Source of the DNA: Pocillopora damicornis
Taxonomy: Eukaryota
Reading direction: 5' to 3'
NCBI RefSeq assembly: GCF_003704095.1
Contig: NW_020846006.1
Span: 124,001 to 188,000 of the forward strand
DNA length: 64,000 nt
The position numbers and the translations under genes were made by a program. Position 1 is the first letter of the stretch, and each line of letters opens with the position of its first letter. Shown here piece by piece: positions 36,101-49,465 of this stretch. The notes beneath the pieces are model-generated. The model worked only from the letters and a program-made list of their open reading frames with translations, searched no databases and was not told the DNA's origin.

Positions 36101-39100
36101 AATACCATTGAACACATTCAAAATTTGTCTTCCAAAAAACAACTTTAATTTGACAAGTACAACTTAATTATAAGAATCTTTCCATAAACAGAATCATTTT
36201 GTGGCTGACTAATTATTCATAAACTTTGCAGCATCATAATTTTGAAAAGACTGCATTCAAATGATTGAAATTCACCCAGCAGTAAAGCCTTACTCCAGTG
36301 ATGAAAATCCTGAAGTTGAGAAAAAAATATATTGAGGAGTTTTTGAACATATGTCAAAATCATACAACCAGAGAGGGGGAACATTGGTTTTGAGCCCTCT
36401 GAATATAGCTAGTAGAGCAAAGAGAAACTGTATCCAACCTCCTTAATACACTCAAATTCGCTGAAAAGAAATTTGCATGAATCAGTCTAAACCAATAAAC
36501 CCTTTTAGCTTTAGGTTTGAAATGGGTAAACAAGAATTCAAATGGCTGCTCAAGTATGTGATTCAGGCAACATCTTATAGGTGAAACTGCATCTTCTCAT
36601 GTTGAAATTTTCATATTCATAGATTAACAGATACATCAGCTTTCAAAAGACTGTGATAATGTAGAAATAATAAACACCTTGATCTGGAAAAACAAACTTT
36701 TGAGTGCACCATCTTTATAGCTCGGCTGTCTACTAACTTAAAATCATTGTCCATTTTTCATTCTAAAATTCCATATCCATTTTAAAAGAAACTGAAAAAC
36801 AAATACAACATATTAAAATCTAGACAAGACGAAATTTTTTTCTGACCATTAACTCATGCAGATCAAAACACAAATTTGTGTGACCAGTAGAGGAAGATAT
36901 ACACATGGATACTTAACTTCCGAAATTTAGGATCCTTAGCATATATAAGAAAATGCAAATCCAAATTTGTGGAAATATTATTATATGACAGTTACAGGTG
37001 TAACAACAGCTGGCCATTCTTAGCACTTTTCAATTAAATTTGATATGACCATGACTGTTGTTTACCCATTTTGGACCATGTAACCAATCTATGATGTATG
37101 AAGCTAACAGGGTCCATTACTGTGATGGATTAGTTCTCCTATATTAACAATACACATATGTATTGGCTAACTGTCTGCAATAATAAACACCCAGGGATTT
37201 TTGACTTAGGGTTAATTATTTTCAGTAAAAGCCTGTACTGGGTCACAAAGATCATACAATAGTAACATCTAACTAACTGAGCATTACAAATGTACTAGGG
37301 ACTATTGACCTGAGATTGCGGCCACACAGACCAAGCACAGCAAAATTAAAATACAGCTGATGGCCAATATTCTCCGAGACAGCTTGAGCAAGAGAGGTTA
37401 GTAAGTATTAGGCGCTCAGACCAAACTTGTTTTTTTTTAATTGCACAAACACAAATTCAAACTTGTGTAATTTTGAATTTCCTGGCTTTTGCAAACTAAA
37501 TATATGGCTCATGACTGTTTCCATGGAAACAATTTATATAGCAAAATATGGACCAAGTAAGAACTAATCCAAATGCAAGGATTTACCACAGGACTACCAC
37601 CCTATTGGTTGAATGGGAGGGCCAAAGTGGAAAATATTTTGGCAACAAAAGTGTAGGTGAAGCTGTGCAGGTCATTAACTAGTCACCCAGCCAATCCAAC
37701 TGCTAAAACCTCTCTGTTCAGTTTTGAACTATATTGATACTAACACTTGATGTAGCTGTTATGAACATAATCAAATGATGTTATGACACCTCTAAATTGA
37801 ACTCATGACCTTTACCTCACAAACCAATCGAAAGTTGGTCAGTTTCTGTCCAATTTCTGAGAGAGAATCTGTCACGCTTGTTCTTAACATCAAACAGTAA
37901 AGTCGCTCCTCATAACAGCTGATTTTTGACAAATCCATTAAGAACTGCTCAGGTCTGTCAAGCATCACATCACAATTCTTTTGACAGAATGTAGCTATTG
38001 TTTGAAGTTCCTCTTTTGTTGGCCTCTAGGTAAAAATGAAATCAGCACATACTGTCGACACTTTTTACCACTAAATGCGTATTTGAATACAAAATTAGTT
38101 CAGGGACACATGTTTGTGTTATGGGTTCGTTGTAAGTCTGATTTAATCTGAAGTAAGATGTTTATGAGCATTGTGCTATGTAGATGTCATGCATTTTTTC
38201 TAGAATCTCAGAATATAGTTATAGATCTAAGACAGACAAAAAAATTAGGAAAAAATTGCATCGCAACATAATAATTTCTAAGAACTCCAGGGAGCTTTAT
38301 AAAACACACTGTTGACAAGCTAGATACCTACAATTTCATACAGTGAGCTGAGGCTTTCCTGATCCACAATGGAGGTGTTCACATTGTACAGAGCATCTCT
38401 TATCTCATCCATATTAACATGAAGACTGCTCAGAAAGATTCCCACAGATTGCGATCTCTTGTTGTCCAATAAGTGGATAACTTGCTGTTTTATTTTGTGC
38501 ATCGATCTAGAGGATAAAAGTTTTCCCTCTGTCTTTCTCTCCACCTTGGCAAATGTTTCAACAAGGCGACTGACATTAATTGTTGGTTCCTCGAGTGTTG
38601 CCCAAACTGTTTCACTGGCCTCAGTCTCCAGTCTGACAGGTAGCTGATTGAGTTGTATTCTCTTCCAAAAAAGAGGTTTCATGGGGGATACTGCATCAAC
38701 AGAAAAAAAGAGGAATTACTATAATTGTCATATCATTTAATCTACATGTGACAATTCAAGGATGAGTTGAACTTAAAAATCAGGAAGCCATGAACAGACT
38801 TTGAAACACTGAGACTACATGAGATGTAATTTCTAGGTTGTACTGTATAGCCTCAGCACCTCACATTTTCAAGTCTCACACCCCAAAATGTCCATAGCTT
38901 AGATCTTTCAAATGACTTAATGTATACATAGTGACAATCTGAACCATCAGGATCTTTAGCATGAAATGAATTTGTACCAAGAATGAAAAAAGACAGGCTA
39001 TACAGAAAGGACTGGCATTGATTTTTAAACCTAATGAACAAAAATTTTTTATAGCTCCTTTTAAAACTCAATCCTTAATTAAGAAGCTAATTGGCAACTG

Positions 39101-40079
39101 GTGAAATGTGCAAACACTACCAAAAATAATTATACATTACAACTGAATCAATTTGTTTCGTTTCTCTATTGATTGTTTTTATTAAACATGTCTGTGCAGA
39201 TCCATACAGCAACCAGTGATTAAATTGAATGAGATTTCTTGCCACAATAATGAAATAAAAAGATTAAGGGCCATTTAGGAGTTTAGCCATTGTTCAACAA
39301 AACTGCATCCTAAACAATCCTCAATTTAGCTGGCCCTTTCATCTGAACATCTATTTCTGTAAACAGTGTCATGTGAGCTGAAAGCTAATTGTGGAAGGAC
39401 ATTTATTCATGTCACATTAACCCTCACTAGAGAAAGCCGGAGGCACACTGATTACGTAAAACAATGCTTTCGGTCAGACCTTGTGTGAATAACTGGCCCT
39501 AAATGTCTCTTGCATACCTGGTGTGACAGGTTTCTTTCTTATGGTTGAACCTTTTCTTGCTCCAGAAGTACCTGGCAGTGAAGGATTAATTCCAGGAGGA
39601 GGGGGAGGAGGAGGAGGAGGAACAGCGGCAGGGGCAATGGGAGGGGGACAAGCAGAGGTAGATACTCCTTGAAGTGCTAGGGAAGGTTTAGGGGGAGGGA
39701 GAGGAGGTGGGGGAGGAGGCGGAGGTGGAGAGGGAAATCCTCCAGGACAGAATGATTTCCCTGGTGGTGCTGGAGGAGGGGGAGGTGATAAAGGGAAAGG
39801 TGAAAAGGGGGTACAAGAATAATCTGAAGGAGATACACTAACACCTGGTACAGTATATGTAAGTGGAGAAAAGTTTGGATTCAAGTCATTTGTTTGAGTT
39901 GAAGGGGGGGGAAATACTGAAGGAAAATCAGTTTTGCATTCATTTGAAAAGGATGATAAAGGGGCTAGGGAAGGCTCTTTTGGAGGACATGGGAGTGGTG
40001 GAGGATGGTACATAAATTTTGATGCACATGGACTTGATGGTGGTGTCCTAGCAGCTGGCAGGCCTGCTCCAGAATACAT
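33185..40079 (-). CDS. FMN: FMN/Cappuccino-subfamily formin (FH1 + FH2 + FSI-like tail), ~622 aa from ATG 40079; start uncertain
   Basis: Exons (minus) 40079(40112)-39518, 38690-38332, 38025-37816, 34907-34701, 34205-33940, 33449-33185 are all GT-AG and phase-consistent. Poly-proline FH1; FH2 motifs [64 protein letters not shown]; C-terminal [13 protein letters not shown] resembles the FMN2 Spire-binding tail. Confidence 0.92.
35616..35953. mobile_element. MITE with 33-bp terminal inverted repeats in formin intron
   Basis: gggaataatacatgggcgcgcgtagatatggaa versus ttccatatctacgcgcacccatgtattattccc (1 mismatch). A third internal inverted copy ends at ~35757. Confidence 0.85.
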
Positions 40080-42019
40080 TTCACAGCTGGCTTTGTTCCC
40101 TGATAAATACAGCTAAGAACAACAACATCTTCTGCATTAATCCTGCTTACTTATAGTAAATGAACAACTGCTGAGAGTCACTAAGTCCAAGTCTTAATCT
40201 AGTTGAACAAAACACAATATAAAAGGGCAACCTGAGCTGCTGAAAAAAATATATTTATTTAATACAAACAAATCATTTGACCATGTTTATGGTACCATAC
40301 CCAGTTTACATGATGTTTAGACATTATAGGTGATTGCATGTTACAATAACTTGTGTGGTTTCTGCGAGCCAGTCCATGAGAGACATGTAATTTTTAAACT
40401 GCCATAAAACAATTATTGTTTATTTGATAAAAATTAAAATGTATTTTTACACATACTGTAAATTTCTAAGTACACTGTACCTAGTTTTTTGGAGCTTTTG
40501 TTTGTGCTTTTATGATCTTCATTTCAATTTCTTGGGATGTTGTTGCTTGTCTTTATTTTCTGGGTATTTGTTTTCTTTACATTTTTCTTTCACTTTACTA
40601 CAAGTGTGATACCTTCTTGTTTAAGGCACAATAACTGACAGCCTGAGAAAAAATGCTTTCCTCTTATATGAATATTTTCCTCATATTCAAGATCAGAGTG
40701 AAAGTAGACCAAACTAGTTATGACAAAAAATTTTGAGCCATATAATCAATAACAAAGCATTTTGCACAAGTATACGTTTGATATAATAACTCAAATCATG
40801 AAATAAAAGAAACTATTTTCATGAGCTGTTTGCACTACTATATTTTGCTGGTTGAGTAAAAAGTTCTAACACTTCCATCTTTATTTTCTTAGGGGGTACA
40901 ACAAGCCTCTACCCAGTTCCCCTCTCCCATGATTTTACTGACCATAATACAACAAGAACAACAACTAAATTAAACAGTGGCAATTGATCTTCACTCACCA
41001 GAAGAAAACTTATGAATCTTAACATTATTAATTTAGGTGCAAACAACTACCAAGCCTTCCCTTCTTGCACATTTGGGGCTGATGCCAGTTTATTTCAATT
41101 TTGTCTTTCGCAATTTATTTCTCTCTTTTGGTCATTTATCAGTTTCATCTGACATATTTTCTCATATCCATTATAATTTTTTCATGTTATAGGATGTTCT
41201 CAAATTTTTTAGATGAATACACTGAGAGATCTTAGTATTGGTCAGCTTTCAACAACAATGCCTATCAACAACTCCAAAGGAGAAGGCCAGGGAAAGCTTG
41301 CATTTCTCATTTGTTTTAAGGAAATATACTGTGACAACCCATGAAAATTTTTGGTCAGTGCAATCACTTGAGGTGGAGAGAGTTTAAGTCTTCCGGTGAA
41401 TAGCCTGTAGAGTGCAAATAATTGTTTTTCATTTTTTAAGCAAGAGGGGGAAGTGGAAGGCATGCATGAGGAGAAAGCAAAGGGAAAGTCATATGGGAAA
41501 GGAGGAGGAGGAAAAATATAACACAAGTCCTAACACAGTCACTCATGCTCTTTGTCCTCCAAACACACACCAATAACACCAATCAATTATATAAAACTGC
41601 TGCAGTCTAAAATGCTTGTGTTACAAAGTAACCAAGAAATGAATGTAATTGCCTTCAAGGTTTTAAAACCAAATCAAGGAGCCTCTTAAGTACATTTAAT
41701 GTAATTCTGATTTCAAAGTTCAGAACAGATGTTATGCCAAGGGGCTGAAATTGCAAGCTCTGTTTCTGCATTGTTTGCTGTGAGGGGTAGTATAGGATAA
41801 GATAAAATCCAATAAAATTGCCTTTGAAGACGACTGCTACATGTACAACCACTTTTCACGGTTGAAAAAGTTACTAATCCTCATCAAACTAAAATATTTT
41901 TTCCCAATAATACGCGGAAAAATCAACCAACCCAACCAAAATAAAATAGTTGATCACAATGGAAGCACGACCTAAGTAAGTCACGACGCAGGCCGATCTA
42001 CTTGACGTAGATATTGATG

Positions 42020-42110
42020 ACATATGAACCTAGGAATGGCGAAGCTCACCATGAGCCTGATCTCTGTATCTGTGGCTCAATGGTAGACAGTCGAAGTGCG
42101 GATTCCGAAT
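42020..42110 (+). mobile_element. tRNA-derived SINE fragment
   Basis: catatgaacctaggaatggc..gtggctcaatggtagacagtcgaagtgcggattccgaa gives an A-box-like head, truncated. Confidence 0.5.
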
Positions 42111-44261
42111 TTCTAATTCGACGGTTTTACCGTTCATTACCACAAATGCTCACGGCTCTAGCCGAGCGAAAATCGAGTGATAGATTGGAAAGTTTGGTAG
42201 AAAAGCTAACCTGATGTTGAAGAGCCCCTGCAAAATACTTCGATAAATCCTGTCAAGGCAGCAAATATGACCGCCGTGTGAAAAACCATCGCGAAACCAT
42301 CATTTTGCTTTATCATACAAATTGAATTCGTTTTAAGAATAACCTCGTTCCCTCTATCCCTACCGGTTCACAGGTGACAGTAGTATCTCCGTGATTTGGG
42401 CATCTCCGTGTTCAGAGTTTCCCGTACCCAGACTTCTAACGTTTTGGCTTACCCACGACATTACACATGAATAACTGACTGGGGCTAGTTTAGGGGTCGT
42501 AACCAAGACCCCTTTATTTTCTCAACTTAAATGATCTTGTTACGGTTTTGTTATTTTTGCCCGAAAACGAAGACCCGAAAACCAGCAAAACATAGCTATT
42601 CGCCTTGCTTGAATTCTTGGACCGTATGAATTACTTCTGAATCAATGTGAGGTATGTTCTTCATAATCTGTGTTTGACGGTGTTTGTGCGTGGTCGCCAA
42701 CACAGATTTTAAATTTTCAGTATTTACCTATAAAGATCAGCTCAAGCTCTTTTGAGGCTTGTATGGAAAAAGTTATTGCTATTTTGAATTGTGTTTGAGT
42801 TTGTTAAATTCCCCAAAAATGAAGAGGGCTCTGTAATGAGTATAGGTTAAAACATGATTTCATGTGCAATTTGGTGTTAATAAGCACGAGTACACTTTTC
42901 AGACAACAGAATTGCATCAGCCCGTAGGGCGAGTTTTGTCAAGTGGGCAAAATACGCAAATTACATGAAGAACGAGCCCCAAGATGAGCAGTTGCTGCGA
43001 AAATTCACCAAGAGGATTTACCAAGGTACGAGATTATGTCAAATTCCTGATTTAAAAACTTTTATTTGAAAATACGTTTTACTAAATGAGAGATTTCATA
43101 ACGCCATTTCATAGTACATTCCACGAACGTCATGATCTAAGTTTTCGTTGATGGAAAACATGGGCGCAATCCTGCGCTCATTATCATTCCCTTCCCCCAC
43201 TATGAAGATGCGCTCATTGGCCAGACACAAAGAGCATGAGTTTTACATTATTGAGATGAACGGGCCGGGCCAATCAAATGTTCCGTTCACACTCTCCAAG
43301 GGGTGTTAAAGTCGCATTAGAAAAGAAAAAATGCCTGTTCACTGCGACAGGGATAAGTCATCTGTTTTTACCGATGGAAAATAAAAGTAGATGATACATA
43401 CGTCTCTGGACTGTGAAAAGGTCTAGCAAGTTACTTTTACTGCTCCACGTTATAGCGGAAAAAACCTTTCTCCATATCATCGAATGATCTTTTATCATGC
43501 TTAAACCTTATTAAAATCACATTTACTGGTCTTACTTAATCTTCATAAAATCAAATTTAGACATTTTCCTGGCTTTTTATTATATATTCCGCTACCTAAA
43601 CGTATACAAACAATGACAACCATGTGTATAGAATTGATTTTAATATATGGCAGTTAGTCTTGTTTGTCCAAAATTTGTTGATATAACCAATCAAAGCTCG
43701 ATAAGTATCGAGAATATTTGTTTCAGCAAAGTCAACATTGGTAAGACTCATGGCTGCTTCATTGCCTGTTACTGACAAGGAATAAGATGAAAAGCTATTG
43801 AATTGTAAAGCGCGTTATTAGCATTCGGACATAGGACTAATATCGCTGTGTTACTAAATAGAGGACGGCTTTTAGTGGAGAACATTTCCATTTGCGAACA
43901 GTACTATAAAGCATGCTTCAAAGAGGTTTCGTTGAGAAAGCGATTTCAAGAATTTGAGGACACGATCTGTACTCCGAAATCTTCCACATGGATTCCTTCA
44001 GGCAAGCAGTTTCTTTATGGCAGTTAATCGGGCGGGCAAACGAGCAAATCTCTGGGTCGGGGGGGAAGCGGTCGCAGATCAAGGGATGTCTTCGATTTCC
44101 ACCGGCTTAAAACAAAATCAAACTTTGACGTTCGCCAAGATTTCAATGGACCATCGATTGACCGAGAAAACAGCGCGCGCTTTATCTTTAGTGGAGAAAA
44201 GATAGAGAAAAGAAAAACAGTTATACTGCTTATGTAAAGCGGAAGACGCTAGCAACTTCAG

Positions 44262-45023
44262 GGATGGACTAAGTCTTCGAGTTAGACTTCGAGTGTGACT
44301 TGGAGTTGAACTTCAAGATGAATTTCGTGTTGAATTTCGAGTTCCGTTTCGAGTTTTATGCAGATGGTTTGAATCTATTTACCCATATTACACTGATAAA
44401 TTTGATGTAGGCAATGAAGGGATAGCTATCGTTGTCCATAGAAAAGCAGATATATAAACAGGGCCTATCATTGTTGAAGGAAAACAAAGGCCACAACGAG
44501 TGAAGTCTAAATTACGCAGGCAATGCCTGTTGGCGCGGTGCGAATTTAACTGTGGTGCCAAAAACTTAAAGTTGGCATAGAACGTAAGTGAGGACTGGGG
44601 CGTTGGGTTATCTCCTTTGTAACGCTTTATAATGCTGCGTTATGAGCTCAAATATACTAATGGTCAAGCGGATTCGAAGTAGCATTAGGATTTTTTAATC
44701 ATTAGAATTAATTATTTTTTTTACAAGGTTAAAGCATAAAGAGTAAGGATATAAGTTTTCAACAAAAAGTGGCACAATTTGTCATTGGGTGTGAACAATT
44801 AGAAAATGTCCACTTTGGGGGTTTGCCCATATACAGACTAACAGAGGTTTTTCGGGGTCTCATCTTTGAGTTTTCAAGGTCTGAGGTTTCGTAACACCCT
44901 CGTCGGGGTAAAATAGTCATTTCTTCGCTTCTAAGGGGTAATTTTTTTTGGGCTTAAAACAAGTCAAACTCGAAGTCCAACTCGAACTCGAGCTAGAATC
45001 CAAACTCGATGGCTCGCACATCC
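44262..45023. repeat. Inverted pair of degenerate 12-bp repeat arrays, possibly subterminal repeats of a DNA transposon
   Basis: (cttcgagttgaa)-like x~7 at 44274-44355 and reverse-complement (aactcgaagt) units at 44961-45010. Outer GGATG / CATCC. Confidence 0.45.
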
Positions 45024-48000
45024 AGTTAGAAAGTTGGGCCTTATCTTGCGCTAGACTTATATCATTCCCTCTCCTCCTTCATCAGCAAAAGGCATGAATT
45101 TGCGTTTTTAGAATGAAAGGCCCGACGGCTTATGTTGCATATATTTGAGACAACAATGAGACTTTTGATGCAGCCCTCTCATACTGTGTTCCGTGACCGG
45201 TTTTACAAACAGGAAAAGGTTATAAGACCAAGTAGCTTTCAGTGATAAATTGCTGTGTCTTCAATAAACACTAGACGGGAAGTTTTCTTCGTTCTTTATG
45301 GGAATGGTTTCCGTTACTTGAAAAAGGAAATAACCAAAATCCCCCAAACTAGGACAGATTCCATGGGCTTTTTTAAGACACAAAAAGGTGCAAGTTTCAC
45401 TGATTACAAGATCTTTTCTGCATCATATGATACTGGATGGAAATCTGCTTAAGATTAAGACTGGTGTGGTTGACAAGATTTATTTTGGTGATGACCGGAA
45501 ATCATGCAGGGTGCGGTAACAAATTCCTTGGAGTTTGTTATCGTTTTGTTTCTTTTAATTTTGATGCAACAAAATACTGAGAAATATGTGCTATTACTCG
45601 CCTCAACTGCACGACAAAGGAATGCGTTTTTAAGCCCGGGCATACAAAATCGCGCAAATTTGATCCTTTGAATAAAGATTTAAAGCGACGAGCTGCTAAA
45701 AATATCAGTTTATTTTAGCCACAAATATGTACGAGGTGCTACTGGCGATCACGGTCAACAAAATATAGGTGCAGAGTGATTTTTTTGGCGTTAAGAGCTG
45801 AAGAAACTCCCCCTTGAATTGTGCGAGTTAATTCAAATCCCCCATTCCCTCTGGAGAAAGGGAAACGAAGTAAGACCGATCTTTCAAGCGACAATAAATG
45901 CTTGAGCTACAGATATGGTGCAAGTAAAGCATATCGTCATCCTCTATTGGACTATAATTAATTAAATATATGGACATTTGAGGCCGGAAAGGCCTGCGGT
46001 GAACAAGAAATCTCCAATACCTCTCGGAGAATTTAAGATGATTTCCTTGAAGGAGTCGTTGTTTGCTACAAATGCATAGCTTTCAACTGCTACATATCTG
46101 ACATATAGCAGTTGAATAATATCTCATGATATTATTGCCAGCAAGACATTTGCTAGTGAACTAACTTGGTTTTACAGGACAATTCTGACTCGCTCCTTAA
46201 AAAGCGAAAGTTGCGATCGTCGTTTTATTTCGTCTGAAAACAAAGTAAAAGCTGAATTAAATCCAGGTGTCTGAAAGTTTAGGTAACCGGTAAAAGGTAT
46301 TGCAAGGAGTCTTCTCATGTTATAACTTGATAAAAAGATCATGAAAGCATCAAAGGACCGACAGCGCTAAATTACAGAGAACAAATACGTTTAATTAGCG
46401 TCCCAGAAATTTCTTCTTTCAATAATTTGAGATGAGTGATTTAAAAAGTTTAACTGTGAAACTTGTCTTGTAGATAAAACCAATACTGATAGATGTAAGC
46501 AAGTATTCAAAGTTTAGACATGACAAATACCGTGGGTGCAGAGCGACGTGGAGACTCCCTCACTACTTAGCCTAAGCCTTAATGACTATTTATTTGAACA
46601 CCAATGCAAGTCTTTTTAATCAAAGGTGTGTATTTACACCGCGGATCCCACTAGTATTTCTTTCTTATCGCACATGAGGAGTTTCAACGTAGACTTTTTC
46701 CTAAGATCACGAAGTAATCTGAAAGAAAATTTCAGAAGATTCCAGAACAGTAAAACGAGAGAAAATCTACGCCACTGCGATTCCTGGTGAATTCTTCATC
46801 TGGACCTTTCTATTCTTAACAATGTGATTGAAAAGGGCGTTGTTTCTCGCTATGATGGATCTCTCAGACGTCTAATGATTGACAAAGTTAGTCCACAGGA
46901 CAAAGAGTGAACTTAATCATCGTACAGTTATGGGTCTTATAACAGTTTTAATCAATTGCTTCAAGCTTTACAGAACCACATCACAAATAGAATTTAGAAG
47001 GTGTATTTGTATTTAAAAGCATATTATGTGGTAGCATAATTTCTTTTTTGCAGGCTTCTCTATTAGCCTCTCCACCCTCCACTTCATATTAAAGAGAATC
47101 AATCGTCAATCTTATTTTGAGGCACATAAGCTTCAACGGTGGATTTTATGTCAGCCTTACCCAGGCTCTCGGTCATTTAAGACGTGGGAAAGAGCCGGCG
47201 AGTAAAACACGGGAAAGGGTCAGGCAACCGTCTTCCTATCAAATACGAATACCGATTTTGCTTGAATTGCTCGCTCGATCATTCCGCTGACTAAGAGCCT
47301 GCAACGGGCTAACTACAAGATAGTTAAATCTATGAGAGGTTCACACTCAAGATACTTGACCACGTCGGGAGTAAAACAAACTGGGCGATTGCATTTCAAA
47401 CCTATCAATCAACATTTGTTTGATTGACCTTGGGAAACAAGTTTGTCGTACTTTGTCACAGTATCAGTTGACTACTAACGAAACTGGCTTGTAAAGCCGC
47501 TGACCGTTCACCTTCAACGATTTCATTCCTTGTCTCAGCACTCCACTGGGTAAGCTTTCTTTCAGATTGTGTCCTTACACTAATGTTGGGCCATCCGCCA
47601 TTGTTAACCACTTCGATAAACTTAGAAAGGCAACAGTCGCGCCAGTTGGCGGAGGTTTCTCAGCCTTCCCAAATCAAACACAGATCAATCGCATCAAAAC
47701 GTTTGTGCGTTAATTTTATGTGGAGTATCTGCTTCCTCGATTCTATATTTTTTCTTTTATTTTTTTACATTTCAAAGACTTTTTGTCTGGGAGGCTGAAT
47801 CCAGGATATCAGGTCATTTTCTTCGTCATCCAGAAATCGCTTCAAATAACAAAAACGGAAAAATATGAAGGATAATGAGTCGGAAAGGTCGATTTAGAAT
47901 AACATGCTCGCTCAATGTTTCATATTAAAGTAATCAGGAACCCCTTCCTCCTCCTGTTGTAAGCTCGGTTGAAAATTCTAGCAATAGCTTACATATCTGG

Positions 48001-48777
48001 AAATGCATCTGTTGGTGCTCATGGACAGAACTTTTCATGAAGCTGTCCTAGGGATGAGACCTTAATCTATTTAGTGGTGTGCTCTTCAAAATTCCTCCCA
48101 AGGCCCTCCCTTAAGACCCTCCCTTTGCCGCCTTTCTCCACCTTCTTTCACAATATGTGGTTTTCAAAGGACGTCAGCAGTTCTAAAAATAAGCTCGTAA
48201 TTACCGCTTACCGAGGAAAGAAAGGCGTGACTCTGTGAGGAGGAAAGACATTAAAAATGTGGATAGAAAAGTCACTGTAACAATGTGGGGAAACTTCTTG
48301 TCTGCTGTTTATTCTGAACTTTTTTACTATCTTTTTTTTTTTTTTAATTTTAGCTTCAACTGACAATCCATGATCGTAAAATCGAGAGCGATTAAAGGTC
48401 TCTTATGAATAAAATAGGTCTTTATGTCGAACCAAGATAAAAGAAACCGCTAAACGCAAACAACATTTTTGTGCTGGAGCTGGATTTGTTCAATTGACGT
48501 AATTCAGTGAAGATTTATAAGCCTTCCTTGCTTGTGTTCCTCATCGGCAGTCCAGCCTGTCTCTTGCGCACTGTCTGTCTCGACTGCACGATAGGCTTGT
48601 CTAGGTATCAAAGTGTGGTTTATATTCCATTCACTGGGTTGGTTATATAGTGGGCCACCAGAACTCAGCATGAACTTGAGACTTTAAAGAAGCAGAGAGA
48701 TTCATCAAAATAAGATATTTTTTCCTAATTTGAGGAAATATGCTTTTCGTGCCTCGTCAGTTTACAGAAACTATTTG

Positions 48778-49203
48778 ACCGGAAGTAACCGTATTATAGT
48801 ACTTGGTGTGTTGACGAAAAATCAGACTTAAGGAAATCCTCACGTGTCGTTTTAAAATATGACCAATTAAGGTCGAATTAATGCGATCGCACACCATTAT
48901 GCTGCAGCATTTTAGTTTCAATTGAGTGCAGCGAAAGATGAATCGATTCTTCTCAACTTGTTATGAATAATTTGGATATTAGCTGCCAAATGAATCAGCT
49001 CTCTCAGGTGTACGTGTGAATTTTTTTACAAGCGCTAAAGAGATGTTTATTTATTCGCTACTTCCGGTCGTTATATTAGATTATAGAGATTTTGCATCCA
49101 GCCTCTTCCTACCGGAAATTACGATAACCGGAAGCAAACGGGGACAGACGCTTCCAGCTTTGATTTATCTGAATGGTCAGCAGTTTTCGAAAAGGATATA
49201 AAA
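48778..49203 (+). promoter_or_regulatory. Homeobox gene proximal promoter: four ETS-type sites and TATA box
   Basis: ACCGGAAGT 48778, ACTTCCGGT 49060, ACCGGAAAT 49111, ACCGGAAGC 49127; TATAAAA at 49197-49203. Confidence 0.55.
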
Positions 49204-49465
49204 ACTGTGAGTTGATTTGTTGACTTCAATCATTTGAAATTCTCTGAACAGCTTTAAGTCATCACTCAAACCAGTTTAAAAAGAAGATGACAAGATTCTC
49301 TTGGTGCTCTACACAATTAAGTTTTCCTGATACTGATTGATATCATTAATTAAGCGTTAGTACGCAGGCGTCAAGTCTGCAACATATTTAGAAGGAGTAC
49401 ATTAGGTCGGGGTGCATATTATCTCGGACTGCCCGCCAAGTCACCCTTGTTTTGGCAGCTGCGAT

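Noticed and set aside
45975-46000. GAGGCCGGAAAGGCC resembling the classic hammerhead stem II
   Set aside because: No CUGANGA before it and no GAAA after the stem.
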